Position numbers and translations under genes: made by a program. A DNA stretch of 24,260 bases from Thermodesulfobacteriota bacterium (lineage in GTDB: Bacteria; Desulfobacterota_D; UBA1144), in the NCBI GenBank assembly GCA_029246845.1, contig JAQWMJ010000027.1, positions 1 through 24,260 on the forward strand, given 5' to 3'. The notes beneath the pieces were generated by a model that had not been told where the DNA came from, did not search any database, and worked only from the letters and a program-made list of their open reading frames with translations. Positions 7,318 to 16,685 of the stretch are shown here, one piece after another (the first letter of the stretch is position 1; the number at the start of each line of letters is the position of its first letter).

Positions 7318-7376
7318 AGCTTTAAGAGTTATTTCAAATTGTATTCCTTCAATTATTAATTATTATCCTCCATGTG

Positions 7377-9746
7377 ATGGAGAAAATAATCAGTATTCTA
7401 AAAAATTCTTTTTTTCATAAAAATAGATTAATTATTTTAGATTTATTACTAATTTTATGGGTCCTTTATGTACTATTTCCATTACAAGGTGTAGGATTTA
7501 TTTCTGACGATTCATACAATTCTCAAATTGCAGGAAAGAATCTATATGAAGGTTTATCCTTCTGGCAAGATCTCTTTAAAGAAATTAAAGCCTGGCTTAT
7601 AGGGAACGGAAGACTCTCTCCTTTTGCTTGGTTTTACACAAAAGGACTTTACTCATTACAGCCAAGTCCCTATATCGTTAAGAGTATTACATTGGCCATT
7701 ATTGCGTTAAATGTTTTATTTTATTCAAAAATAATTCACTTTATTACAAAGAACACAAGATTGTCATATATTTGCGGTTTTATGGTCCCTTTACTTTTTC
7801 AGTTTAGAATGTGGCACGATCCTATTATTGGATTTGCTTTTATGATTCCATTGCTTTCAATGTTCCTTTTCGCCTCCTTGTTAGTTTTGACTAAATATTT
7901 AGAAAAGAATGAAATTAAAACAATTTCATTGTTTTTATTTCTGCATGTCATTTCTCTTTGTACATATGAACTGAGTTATATTTTTATAGTTTTCTATATT
8001 TTAATTGTTTTGTTTAGCTCGTCCAAAAAAAATTGGGGTAAGCCTATAACGCTAGCAATTTTTGCAACTGCTATGCATTTTTTTATTATTCTATTCTATA
8101 AAGAATCAGGTTCAGGTGCTTACCCTGCTTCAAATATAAGCTTTGACTTTGAAATGATTTTTTCTTCATTTTTAGTGCAGGTAACATCAGCATTTCCTTT
8201 GTCCTGGAAAATAGCTAGTGGTCCCGTACATGAATCTATATCTAAAATAACGTATTCTGTCTTGATTATTTTTGCAATTTTTTCATTGCTTATTACAAGG
8301 CAGTTCTACAAGATAAAAGATGGACTCTCTAAGATAAATTCTTCAAATAAATTACTAATTTTTTCATTGGCTCTCTTACTTCTTCCTGCAGTACCTGTCG
8401 CTCTGACAGGGCACCAGGCTGAATTAGTAGAGGCTGGTTACGGTTATGGCTATATTGTTGTTTTCATGCAGTACTTTGGAGCTGTAGCTTTGTTCTTAAT
8501 GATAGTTAAGTATTTAAAAAAAGTATTTTTTTATATTTTCTTCCCAATTCATAAACTTACTTATCTTACCGTAGTCTTTTTTATAATTTTCTCTGTTGGT
8601 TACTTTACCAGACTTGAGAACTCATTCGTAGCTCATGAAGTTAATAAGTTTTATAAATACCCCAGGGATTTGCTTAAAAAATCAATCAATATTGGAATTC
8701 TAGATCATTTATCAGGTAATTCTTTATTGATTAGAAATGAAAGATATCCTTCTGATCACTATTGGTTTTATTCAATGAAGGCGGGAAGAAAAATGAATAT
8801 TTGTGGTCTTAACAGAGAATTAGAGTTTCCTAATTGTGTAAAAATAAAAGAAGAAAAAAACGACATATATGGGTTGGCATACTTTTTAAGTAGCGACTAT
8901 AAAACGGGTTCTGTCTTTGTAGCAAAATTAGATAGAATACTTTTAGTCGAAGATGTACCAATCTCTTTGAAGTTTAACGACTATAAAGTTTACAACTCAA
9001 GTACAGGTGAACTTTTTACGATTTCCTCAAATAAGACATATGATTTATTAAAAATTACTAAAACTGAGGTGGGAACAACTACTTTGGATTACGACATTAG
9101 AGACTATGAGCTAGATGAAGTCGCATATGGTTTTAAATCCTTCCATGGCCTAGAAGGTAATTCTCAAGATTATCTCAGATGGTCTTCTGGCAGTTCAATC
9201 ATATTGATAGAGAATAATTCTGATCAAATAATCAACAAGCGTGTGACCTTTCAGCTTATAAGACCTGGCAGTAGTCTAAAACCTATATTTATTTCCGTGG
9301 CCCATCTGGTTGACAGTAGTAGAGGGCTTTTGAAACTTAAAGAACTTAACGATAAATATCCACCGTATCTTAGATTTTTAGATTGGTTTATATATGATTA
9401 TGTCTCATTAGTTACTGAGAAGTTATTAGCTTCAATGTATTGGGAAGAAGGTGATGACAAAAAACCGCTCACTCTTTTAGACCCACATGGAAACATGTTC
9501 AAGTTTAAAGGAATGATGAGCAAAGAATTTATAAACTCAGATATTATTAAAAATATAAAATATGGAACTTTAGTTGAATATAAAGGCCAATATTTAATTA
9601 CAGGGCAAAAAGAAATAAGTATAATCTTAAAATTAAAACCGGGTATTAATTATGTAAAACTTATTAGCGATTCCCCTTGGATTGATAATGGAGACCCTAG
9701 AAAGATTGTTTTTGGTATCGGTAATTATAGGTTTGATAATTTTTAA
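7377..9746 (+). CDS. Polytopic membrane protein, putative GT-C fold glycosyltransferase (paralog 2)
   Basis: Colinear with 5191-7317 (GFISDDSY, FQFRMWHDPI, QVTSAFPLSWKIA, YGLAYFLSSDYKTGSVFVA, DNGDPRKIVFGIGNY), with an extra ~80 aa insert. Start is GTG 7374 or ATG 7377. Confidence 0.65.
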   Translation: MEKIISILKNSFFHKNRLIILDLLLILWVLYVLFPLQGVGFISDDSYNSQIAGKNLYEGLSFWQDLFKEIKAWLIGNGRLSPFAWFYTKGLYSLQPSPYIVKSITLAIIALNVLFYSKIIHFITKNTRLSYICGFMVPLLFQFRMWHDPIIGFAFMIPLLSMFLFASLLVLTKYLEKNEIKTISLFLFLHVISLCTYELSYIFIVFYILIVLFSSSKKNWGKPITLAIFATAMHFFIILFYKESGSGAYPASNISFDFEMIFSSFLVQVTSAFPLSWKIASGPVHESISKITYSVLIIFAIFSLLITRQFYKIKDGLSKINSSNKLLIFSLALLLLPAVPVALTGHQAELVEAGYGYGYIVVFMQYFGAVALFLMIVKYLKKVFFYIFFPIHKLTYLTVVFFIIFSVGYFTRLENSFVAHEVNKFYKYPRDLLKKSINIGILDHLSGNSLLIRNERYPSDHYWFYSMKAGRKMNICGLNRELEFPNCVKIKEEKNDIYGLAYFLSSDYKTGSVFVAKLDRILLVEDVPISLKFNDYKVYNSSTGELFTISSNKTYDLLKITKTEVGTTTLDYDIRDYELDEVAYGFKSFHGLEGNSQDYLRWSSGSSIILIENNSDQIINKRVTFQLIRPGSSLKPIFISVAHLVDSSRGLLKLKELNDKYPPYLRFLDWFIYDYVSLVTEKLLASMYWEEGDDKKPLTLLDPHGNMFKFKGMMSKEFINSDIIKNIKYGTLVEYKGQYLITGQKEISIILKLKPGINYVKLISDSPWIDNGDPRKIVFGIGNYRFDNF
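9070..9109 (+). repeat. 40-bp perfect direct repeat, copy 2
   Basis: Identical to 6878-6917. Confidence 0.9.
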
Positions 9747-9804
9747 GTTTACAAGATATTTTAGTAGATATTTAAATTACTGATACATGCTGTATTATCT
9801 TTTT

Positions 9805-10974
9805 ATGTCCCACAAGTTATCGAAATCAGCTCAAAGTTTATCTGGGCAGCCAATGTTTCGTATGTTGTCAAAAATTCAAGAGCTTGAGAAAAAAGGAAAA
9901 AAAATACTTCATTTTGAACTTGGTGATCCAGATTTTCCTACACCAAAGAATATCAGTGAAGCCGCGATAAAAAGTATACAAGATGGGGAGACTCATTATG
10001 TTAATTCTATGGGTATCTCTGAATTAAGGGAAGCTGTTCAGAAAACAACAGAGCTATCTAGAGGCTTCAGACCAGATTTTAATCAAGTCCTTGTGACACC
10101 TGGTGCAAATTATATAATTTACTTAGCAATATCAACGCTGGTTAATCCTGGTGAAGAAGTTATTATCCCTGACCCTGGTTTCCCCACCTATACCTCTGCT
10201 GCTAATTTTATTGGTGCTAAGCCAGTATATGTACCATTATACGAGAAAAATAATTTCCAACTTTCACCTTCAGATTTAATAGATAAAATTACAAAAAAGA
10301 CGAAGCTAATTATTATAAATTCACCGGCTAATCCTACAGGGTCAGTAATGACAAAAGAAGAAATCTATGAAGTTGCTCGAATTGCGAAAGAACATGATGT
10401 GTACTTACTCACCGATGAAGTTTATTCGCGACTAATATTTGATTCCGAGAAGGGCTTTTTTAGTCCGAGCACTTTAGATAAATGTAAAGAGAGAACTATT
10501 ATAATTAACGGACTAAGTAAGGCATTTGCTATGACAGGATGGAGAATTGGTGTTGCTATTGGTCCCGAGGAAATAATTGCAAAGATGGGTCTTATTGTTG
10601 AGACTATTTCTTCCTGCACTCCCCCTTTTTGTCAATATGCAGGACTTGAAGCGGTCGTTGGAGATCAGTCTGAACTTAAAAGAATGAAAGATGAGTATCT
10701 GGAAAGAAAGAAAATATTAGTTCAGGGTTTGAATGAAGTAAAAGGTATAAGTTGTGTTGACCCAGGGGGCGCAATGTACGTTTTCCCTAATATTAAAGGC
10801 ACTGGTATGAATAGTGATGATTTCTCAGAATATGTTCTTGATAAAATAGGGGTAGGTGTCTTGCCAGGTAATAATTTTGGTAAAAATGGAGAGGGCTATA
10901 TTAGAATGTGCTATGCTACTTCCCAGGATGATATTATTTTAGCATTAAGTAGACTAAAGGAATTGTTCGGATAA
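9805..10974 (+). CDS. PLP-dependent class I/II aminotransferase (aspartate aminotransferase family)
   Basis: GDPDFPTP, INSPANPTG, TDEVYS, NGLSKAFAMTGWRIG (PLP lysine), GEGYIRMCYA. Start is probably ATG 9805; ATG 9787 is the alternative. Confidence 0.92.
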   Translation: MSHKLSKSAQSLSGQPMFRMLSKIQELEKKGKKILHFELGDPDFPTPKNISEAAIKSIQDGETHYVNSMGISELREAVQKTTELSRGFRPDFNQVLVTPGANYIIYLAISTLVNPGEEVIIPDPGFPTYTSAANFIGAKPVYVPLYEKNNFQLSPSDLIDKITKKTKLIIINSPANPTGSVMTKEEIYEVARIAKEHDVYLLTDEVYSRLIFDSEKGFFSPSTLDKCKERTIIINGLSKAFAMTGWRIGVAIGPEEIIAKMGLIVETISSCTPPFCQYAGLEAVVGDQSELKRMKDEYLERKKILVQGLNEVKGISCVDPGGAMYVFPNIKGTGMNSDDFSEYVLDKIGVGVLPGNNFGKNGEGYIRMCYATSQDDIILALSRLKELFG

Positions 10975-10977
10975 AAA

Positions 10978-12786
10978 ATGAAAAAAATTCGTGTTGCAGA
11001 TGTAATTGTTGATTTTTTAATAAATAAAAAAGTTGATACTATTTTTGGTTTAATGGGCGGTGGAGCTATGTTTCTGAATGATGCTCTTGCTTTAAGGTCT
11101 AATAAAATTAAGACAATTTTTAATCATCACGAACAAGCAAGTTCAATGGCAGCTGTAGGATATTCTAAAATGAAAAATGGAATAGGTGCAGCTATGTTTA
11201 CTACTGGATGTGGTTCCACAAATGCTGTAACTGGGGTTTTGGATGCTTGGCAAGATAATCTGCCATGTATTTTTATTTCAGGACAAGTAAAGAGAAAAGA
11301 AACTTCGAGGAATATCAGACCTAAAACAAATCTTAGAAACTTTGGAGTTCAAGAGGCCGATATAGTCTCTATTGTTCAGAGTATAACTAAGTATTCTAAG
11401 ATGATTAATGAGCCCAACGATATTTATAAAGAACTCGAAAAAGCTTACGAAATTGCAACTTCTGGGTGTCCTGGTCCTGTATGGTTAGATATTCCATTAG
11501 ACGTACAAGCTGCTCCTGTAGACAAAAGAAAATGGAATATTATTAAAGATAAAAAAACAAGTTTATTTAACAATAAGCTTGATACAGACATCAAGAAAGT
11601 GATGAATCTTTTAAAAAAAGCTAAAAGACCAATATTAGTTGTTGGTAATGGGTTAAGACTTGCAAAAGTTGAAAAGGAATTCTCGAATCTTGTAAAGGAT
11701 TGGAAGATACCTGTTGTCTCCTCATATTTAGCGATTGATATTTTCCCAAATACACACAAATATCACATTGGAACTTTGGGTACTAAAGGTAATAGAGCTG
11801 CAAATTTTGCGATTCAAAATTCTGACTTAGTAATTGCTTTTGGATGCAGAATGAGTGTTCCTTTAACAGGATTTGAATACAGAACTTTCGCACGTGAGGC
11901 TAAGATATGTATTATTGACATTAATAAAGCTGAACATAAGAAAGATACTATCAGAATAGATTCTTTAATTAATCAAGACTTAGCGTTACTAGTTCCTAAA
12001 CTTCCAAAAATTAACTTTCAATCTAAATGGAAAGATTGGTTGAAAAAATCCATTGAATGGAAAGATAGCTGGCCTGTTTGTAATGAATACCAAAGAGATG
12101 ATTCTAACGGTATTAATTTATATCATTTTTATGAGATTTTTAATAAGTCCAATAATATAAATTCTGTGGTTGTCGCTGATGCAGGATCCGCTGGTTATGC
12201 TTCAGCACAATCTATTAAAGTTAATAAAAACCAAAGATATATAATGCCAGGCGGTCAAATGGAGATGGGATTTACTCTTCCATGCTCTATAGGTGTTGCA
12301 TTTGCAGACCCAAAGAAGACTGTATTCGCCATCACAGGTGATGGTTCTTTTCAGTTAAATATTCAAGAGCTGCAAACGCTTTCGCATTTTAAGCCAAATA
12401 TAAAATTAATTATATGGAACAATAGTGGTTATCTTTCAATAAAATCTACTCAAAACCGTTTTTTTGATGGTAGAAAGATAGGAGCTGGACCTGAAAGTGG
12501 TCTGACTTTTCCTAAAACAAAGGATATAGCTAGAGCCTATAAACTACCTTTTAAAAAAGTTTCAAAGGCATCAAACCTTGCGGCTTCCCTTGAATGGCTT
12601 AAGAGTTTTTATGGACCTGCAATATTAGAAGTTATCTGTCCACCTGAGCAGGAAATAATTCCTACTGCGTCTTCAAAGACATTAGAGGATGGTAGCATGG
12701 TTTCAACTCCACTTGAAGATATGTATCCTTTTTTAGATAAGGAAGAGTTCCTTGAGAACATGATAGTTGAGCCATTTAATAATTAG
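10978..12786 (+). CDS. ThDP-dependent acetolactate-synthase-like carboligase (YerE-like, sugar branching)
   Basis: HHEQASSMAA, TTGCGSTNAVTG, GPVWLDIPLDVQ, ThDP motif GDGSFQLNIQEL...WNN. No ilvH nearby; sits in a CDP-sugar cluster. Confidence 0.85.
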   Translation: MKKIRVADVIVDFLINKKVDTIFGLMGGGAMFLNDALALRSNKIKTIFNHHEQASSMAAVGYSKMKNGIGAAMFTTGCGSTNAVTGVLDAWQDNLPCIFISGQVKRKETSRNIRPKTNLRNFGVQEADIVSIVQSITKYSKMINEPNDIYKELEKAYEIATSGCPGPVWLDIPLDVQAAPVDKRKWNIIKDKKTSLFNNKLDTDIKKVMNLLKKAKRPILVVGNGLRLAKVEKEFSNLVKDWKIPVVSSYLAIDIFPNTHKYHIGTLGTKGNRAANFAIQNSDLVIAFGCRMSVPLTGFEYRTFAREAKICIIDINKAEHKKDTIRIDSLINQDLALLVPKLPKINFQSKWKDWLKKSIEWKDSWPVCNEYQRDDSNGINLYHFYEIFNKSNNINSVVVADAGSAGYASAQSIKVNKNQRYIMPGGQMEMGFTLPCSIGVAFADPKKTVFAITGDGSFQLNIQELQTLSHFKPNIKLIIWNNSGYLSIKSTQNRFFDGRKIGAGPESGLTFPKTKDIARAYKLPFKKVSKASNLAASLEWLKSFYGPAILEVICPPEQEIIPTASSKTLEDGSMVSTPLEDMYPFLDKEEFLENMIVEPFNN

Positions 12787-12791
12787 AATTA

Positions 12792-13718
12792 TTAGAAGTT
12801 AATTCTTTCTCTTTCAACAACTAAAGGCATATTTTGATTCTTTGCCTGGTTGATAAGTAAATATTCTCCAATAAGGCCTAGAAACAATAATTGGATAGAT
12901 GAAAAGAAAAGAATACATAGTGCTAATGATGAATATTCTGAAGTGAACAGCGATAAGTTAAAAATGGAATCAACTGATTTTGTTATAATGATAAGAATTG
13001 AAAAGAATACTGCAAAAAGTCCTGTTAAGCTTATCAACTTAAAAGGAAGAGTCGACGTAGAAACTATCCCTTCGACTGCTACTGAAAATAGCGAGAAAAA
13101 ATTATTTGTAGATTTGCCTGTCTCTCTGTCTGGTGCATTGTAGTATAAAATCTTTTTTTCAAAATTAAGCTCTAAAAGTTGTCCCCTTACATATGGCTTT
13201 CTATCATTAATCTTTTTTAAAACTGCTTGAACTTCTTTGTCATAAATTCCAAATCCGTGAAAGTTAGGTATTTGACTTTTATCAGCAAAAAAATTAATGA
13301 ATTTATAAAATATTTTTTTAAGGAAAGTAAAACCTTGTTTAGTATTTTTTGGAACTCCAAGAACCATTTTCGCTCCCTTTTTCCATTCATTTATCAAGTC
13401 TGGAATCGTATCTGGAGGGTCCTGAAAATCGCATACCATTTGCATTATAGCATCACCATTAGCCTGAAGTAATCCGTAGTATGGTGATATTAACTGTCCA
13501 TAGTTTTTAGCATTAATTATTAATTTTATATCTTTATCAGCCTGACATAGCTTCTTTATTTTTTCATGGGTTGTATCTGTAGAACCATTGTCTATGAAGA
13601 TGATTTCATATTGGTCCTCCTTTAGCTTTTGTGAAAAAATACTTTTTATGCTTGTCGCAATCTTTTCGACGTTATCTTCTTCATTAAAGCATGGAATTAT
13701 AATAGAAATGATGCTCAT
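12792..13718 (-). CDS. GT2 polyprenyl-phosphate glycosyltransferase (GtrB/ArnC-like)
   Basis: ISIIIPCFNEEDN, FIDNGSTD, KNYGQ, CDFQDPP, RETGKS, two C-terminal TM helices and LGLIGEYL. Confidence 0.9.
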   Translation of the reverse strand: MSIISIIIPCFNEEDNVEKIATSIKSIFSQKLKEDQYEIIFIDNGSTDTTHEKIKKLCQADKDIKLIINAKNYGQLISPYYGLLQANGDAIMQMVCDFQDPPDTIPDLINEWKKGAKMVLGVPKNTKQGFTFLKKIFYKFINFFADKSQIPNFHGFGIYDKEVQAVLKKINDRKPYVRGQLLELNFEKKILYYNAPDRETGKSTNNFFSLFSVAVEGIVSTSTLPFKLISLTGLFAVFFSILIIITKSVDSIFNLSLFTSEYSSLALCILFFSSIQLLFLGLIGEYLLINQAKNQNMPLVVERERINF

Positions 13719-13780
13719 TTGAAAATATTATATCTTATAACTTATTTATTAAAAATTATTATTTCTATACCTTTGTTCTT

Positions 13781-14974
13781 TTATAAAGATTCTATGAACT
13801 CATCAATTGTTGAATGGAGCCTAGTGAACATACTATCAGTCATTCCATGATGCAAAGGTAGAAGGAAGGCTCTTTCCATAATACAATCAGCATTATTGTA
13901 TCCATTTTCAGAAGTTATATATTTTGCATCTTTCATCATTGGCTGCCTCATTATATTGCCTGTAAAAACAACTCTAGTTTGTATGTCCCTTTTCTCGAGA
14001 TATATTTGAATATCTCTTCTAGAGAATTTGGCATTTTCCTTTATCAAAATTGGAAAAGCTAACCAAGCAGTATTTGCATTTTGATTTTCGATAGGGTTTG
14101 AGAAGAATTCGCCATATTTTTCGAAAAAAGCACACTGTTTTTTAAAATTATTTTGTCTTATGGAGATATTGTCTTGTAGCTTATTTAATTGAGCTAATCC
14201 GAAAGCTGCACCAATCTCGCTACCTTCTAGATTGTAACCAGGTATTTCAAAAACAAATTTCGCATCATATTCTATTCCGTCTAAATCGATGTTAAACCTG
14301 TTTTCTATTGCCTCACTCTTCTCGTCAAACAGTGATGAGCTTCTACCCCAAGACCTTAGTAGCTTAGCTTTTTCAAGAACATCTTTATTATTTATCGCTA
14401 AAGCTCCACCGTTTCCAGCACAATTAATAATATGTGAACCGTAAAAGCTTGTAATTGAAATATCAGAAAAATATCCGGAACTTTTACCTTCAATAGTCGC
14501 CCCTAAAGTATCGGCTGAATCTTCTATTACTATCAACTCATTTTTATCTGCAATTTCTCTAATTGCTTTCCAGTCACAAATATTTCCCAAAAGGTTTGGC
14601 GCAATAATTGCAACTGTATTTTTATTTATTGATTTTTCTATTTGTGATACGTCTATACAATAAGATAGTGGTTCAACGTCAACAAATGATGGAATTAGAT
14701 TATTTTTCAGTAGGCAACCAACTGTGGTTCCAAAAGTTAAGGCTGGAGTTATTACTTCACCACCTTTTTTAAGATTCAGAGATTCTATACCCAAAAATAA
14801 TGCAGAGGAACCCGAATTAACATATAAGCAATCTTTTTTATCGAATAATTGAGCTATCTTAGACTCAAATTTTCTTGCATAGTTTCCCATTTGAGTCGAT
14901 TCGTTTAAGCACTTAACCACTGCATCTATTTCTTCTTGTCCGTATACAGTTTTTGCATATGATATTTTTTCCAT
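13781..14974 (-). CDS. DegT-superfamily PMP-dependent NDP-4-keto-6-deoxyhexose 3-dehydratase (RfbH/ColD-like)
   Basis: YVNSGSSALF, PNLLGN, IEDSADTLG, SFYGSH with His at the usual PLP-Lys position, RSWGR, GYNL, IQTRVVFTGN. Confidence 0.8.
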   Translation of the reverse strand: MEKISYAKTVYGQEEIDAVVKCLNESTQMGNYARKFESKIAQLFDKKDCLYVNSGSSALFLGIESLNLKKGGEVITPALTFGTTVGCLLKNNLIPSFVDVEPLSYCIDVSQIEKSINKNTVAIIAPNLLGNICDWKAIREIADKNELIVIEDSADTLGATIEGKSSGYFSDISITSFYGSHIINCAGNGGALAINNKDVLEKAKLLRSWGRSSSLFDEKSEAIENRFNIDLDGIEYDAKFVFEIPGYNLEGSEIGAAFGLAQLNKLQDNISIRQNNFKKQCAFFEKYGEFFSNPIENQNANTAWLAFPILIKENAKFSRRDIQIYLEKRDIQTRVVFTGNIMRQPMMKDAKYITSENGYNNADCIMERAFLLPLHHGMTDSMFTRLHSTIDEFIESL

Positions 14975-15042
14975 ACGATAATATAAACGAATTATTTTGG
15001 GTTACTACTTTTTTTATTCATTATTTATTATATAATTTTGCA

Positions 15043-15849
15043 ATGGTTTCAAAGGCTTTTGGTAAAATCCTTTTAGAAGATGTTGTCAGAATGACTAATG
15101 TATCACAAACTTCCCACGTTGGGGGCTGTTTGTCTTGTTTAGATATAATTAATGTTCTTTTCACAGATATTCTCAGAATAAATAGTAAAAAACCTAAATC
15201 CAAAAATCGTGACAGATTTATTTTAAGCAAGGGGCATACCTCAGCTGTTATATATTCAGCTCTTGCAAACAAAGGCTTTTTCCCTGTTAAATGGCTGGAA
15301 ACTTTTTTTGACAATGGAACCAAATTGCCCGGTCATATTGACCATAAGGTTCCTGGCGTTGAATTCTCAACAGGATCCCTTGGTCATGGACTTTCGGTTG
15401 GCTTAGGTATGGCGCTCTCAATGAGAAACGAAAAAGTAAAATCAAAAGTTTATGTTTTATTAAGTGATGGTGAAATGAATTCTGGGAGCACTATTGAGGC
15501 TATCATGTTTGCTGGACACCATAAAATTAATAATCTAATCTGTATAGTTGATAAAAATGAATTTCAAGCTTTAGGTAAGACTCAGGATGTAATAAATTTG
15601 GATCCACTTCCTGAAAAATGGAAATCTTTTGGTTGGAATACTTATGATATAGATGGACATAAATCATCTCAAATAAAGAAAGCATTACTTAGTGCTAAAA
15701 AGAGTAAGCAAAAACCTTCTGTACTAGTTTGCAATACAGTAAAAGGGAAGGGGTTAAAAGGTTTTGAAGGTAAGTTGATGTCACACTATAGACCTCCATC
15801 TGATGATCAGTTGAATGATTTTATGGAAGGTTTAGAGGGTACCAAATGA
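15043..15849 (+). CDS. Split transketolase, N-terminal ThDP-binding subunit (copy 1)
   Basis: SHVGGCLS, RDRFILSKGH, LPGH, STGSLGHGL, SDGE...DKN, DIDGH, TVKGKG, SHY. Start ATG 15043 aligns with copy 2. Confidence 0.92.
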   Translation: MVSKAFGKILLEDVVRMTNVSQTSHVGGCLSCLDIINVLFTDILRINSKKPKSKNRDRFILSKGHTSAVIYSALANKGFFPVKWLETFFDNGTKLPGHIDHKVPGVEFSTGSLGHGLSVGLGMALSMRNEKVKSKVYVLLSDGEMNSGSTIEAIMFAGHHKINNLICIVDKNEFQALGKTQDVINLDPLPEKWKSFGWNTYDIDGHKSSQIKKALLSAKKSKQKPSVLVCNTVKGKGLKGFEGKLMSHYRPPSDDQLNDFMEGLEGTK

Positions 15850-15852
15850 TAT

Positions 15853-15881
15853 TTGTTATCACGATTTAGATGATATATAAT
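15853..15881 (+). promoter_or_regulatory. Putative sigma70 promoter for the second transketolase N-subunit
   Basis: TTGTTA (15853-15858), 17 nt spacer, TATAAT (15876-15881), 9 nt before ATG 15891. Confidence 0.4.
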
Positions 15882-15890
15882 GACAAGCAT

Positions 15891-16682
15891 ATGTCCAAAT
15901 TTTTCGCTAAGAAATTACTAGAAGACGTAGTAAGAATGACAAGTGAGGCAAAAACTTCTCACGTAGGAGGCTGTTTGTCCTGCCTTGACGTTGTAAGTGT
16001 TCTCTTCACAAAGATTTTAAATATAGATAAAAAGAATCCGAAGTCAAAAAACAGAGATAGGTTTATTTTAAGTAAGGGTCATACTGCAGCTATCATATAT
16101 TCAGCTTTAGCAAATAAAGGTTTTTTTCCAAAGAAATGGTTAAGTACATTTATACAAAATGGAACAAAGCTCCCGGGCCACATTGATCACAAGGTTCCTG
16201 GTGTTGAATTTTCAACGGGCTCACTTGGTCACGGACTTTCAGTTGGACTTGGAATGGCAATTTCTATGAGAGATAAAAATATTAAATCAAATGTTTATGT
16301 TTTAGTTAGTGATGGTGAAATGAATACAGGAAGTACTTGGGAGTCAATTATGTTTGCTGCTCACCATAAAGTGAGCAATCTAACCTGTATAGTTGATAAA
16401 AATAAAATTCAAAGTTTTGGTAAGACTAAAGACATAATTAACTTAGACCCGCTTCATAAAAAATGGGAAGCTTATGGTTGGAATACTTATGATATAGATG
16501 GTCACAATCATTCAGAAATTGAAAAAGCTTTTATTAATTCAAAAAAGAATTCTAAAAAACCATCGGTTATAATTTGTAACACTATAAAAGGTAAGGGTAT
16601 TAAAGATTTTGAAGGGAGATTGATATCACATTACAGACCACCTAGTGAAGACCAATTGAACGATATCTTAGAAAGGACCTAA
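15891..16682 (+). CDS. Split transketolase, N-terminal ThDP-binding subunit (copy 2)
   Basis: Same motifs as copy 1 and colinear with it. Start is ATG 15891 (alternative 15870). Confidence 0.92.
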   Translation: MSKFFAKKLLEDVVRMTSEAKTSHVGGCLSCLDVVSVLFTKILNIDKKNPKSKNRDRFILSKGHTAAIIYSALANKGFFPKKWLSTFIQNGTKLPGHIDHKVPGVEFSTGSLGHGLSVGLGMAISMRDKNIKSNVYVLVSDGEMNTGSTWESIMFAAHHKVSNLTCIVDKNKIQSFGKTKDIINLDPLHKKWEAYGWNTYDIDGHNHSEIEKAFINSKKNSKKPSVIICNTIKGKGIKDFEGRLISHYRPPSEDQLNDILERT

Positions 16683-16685
16683 AAT

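Noticed and set aside
10978..12786. Housekeeping ilvB/ilvI
   Set aside because: No ilvH or ilvC neighbours, it has GGGAM/TTGCG instead of the usual PGGA/TSGPG, and it sits among CDP-sugar genes.
14953..15042. N-terminal extension of transketolase copy 1
   Set aside because: It overlaps the divergent gene's start and the shared AT-rich promoter region, and copy 2 lacks it.
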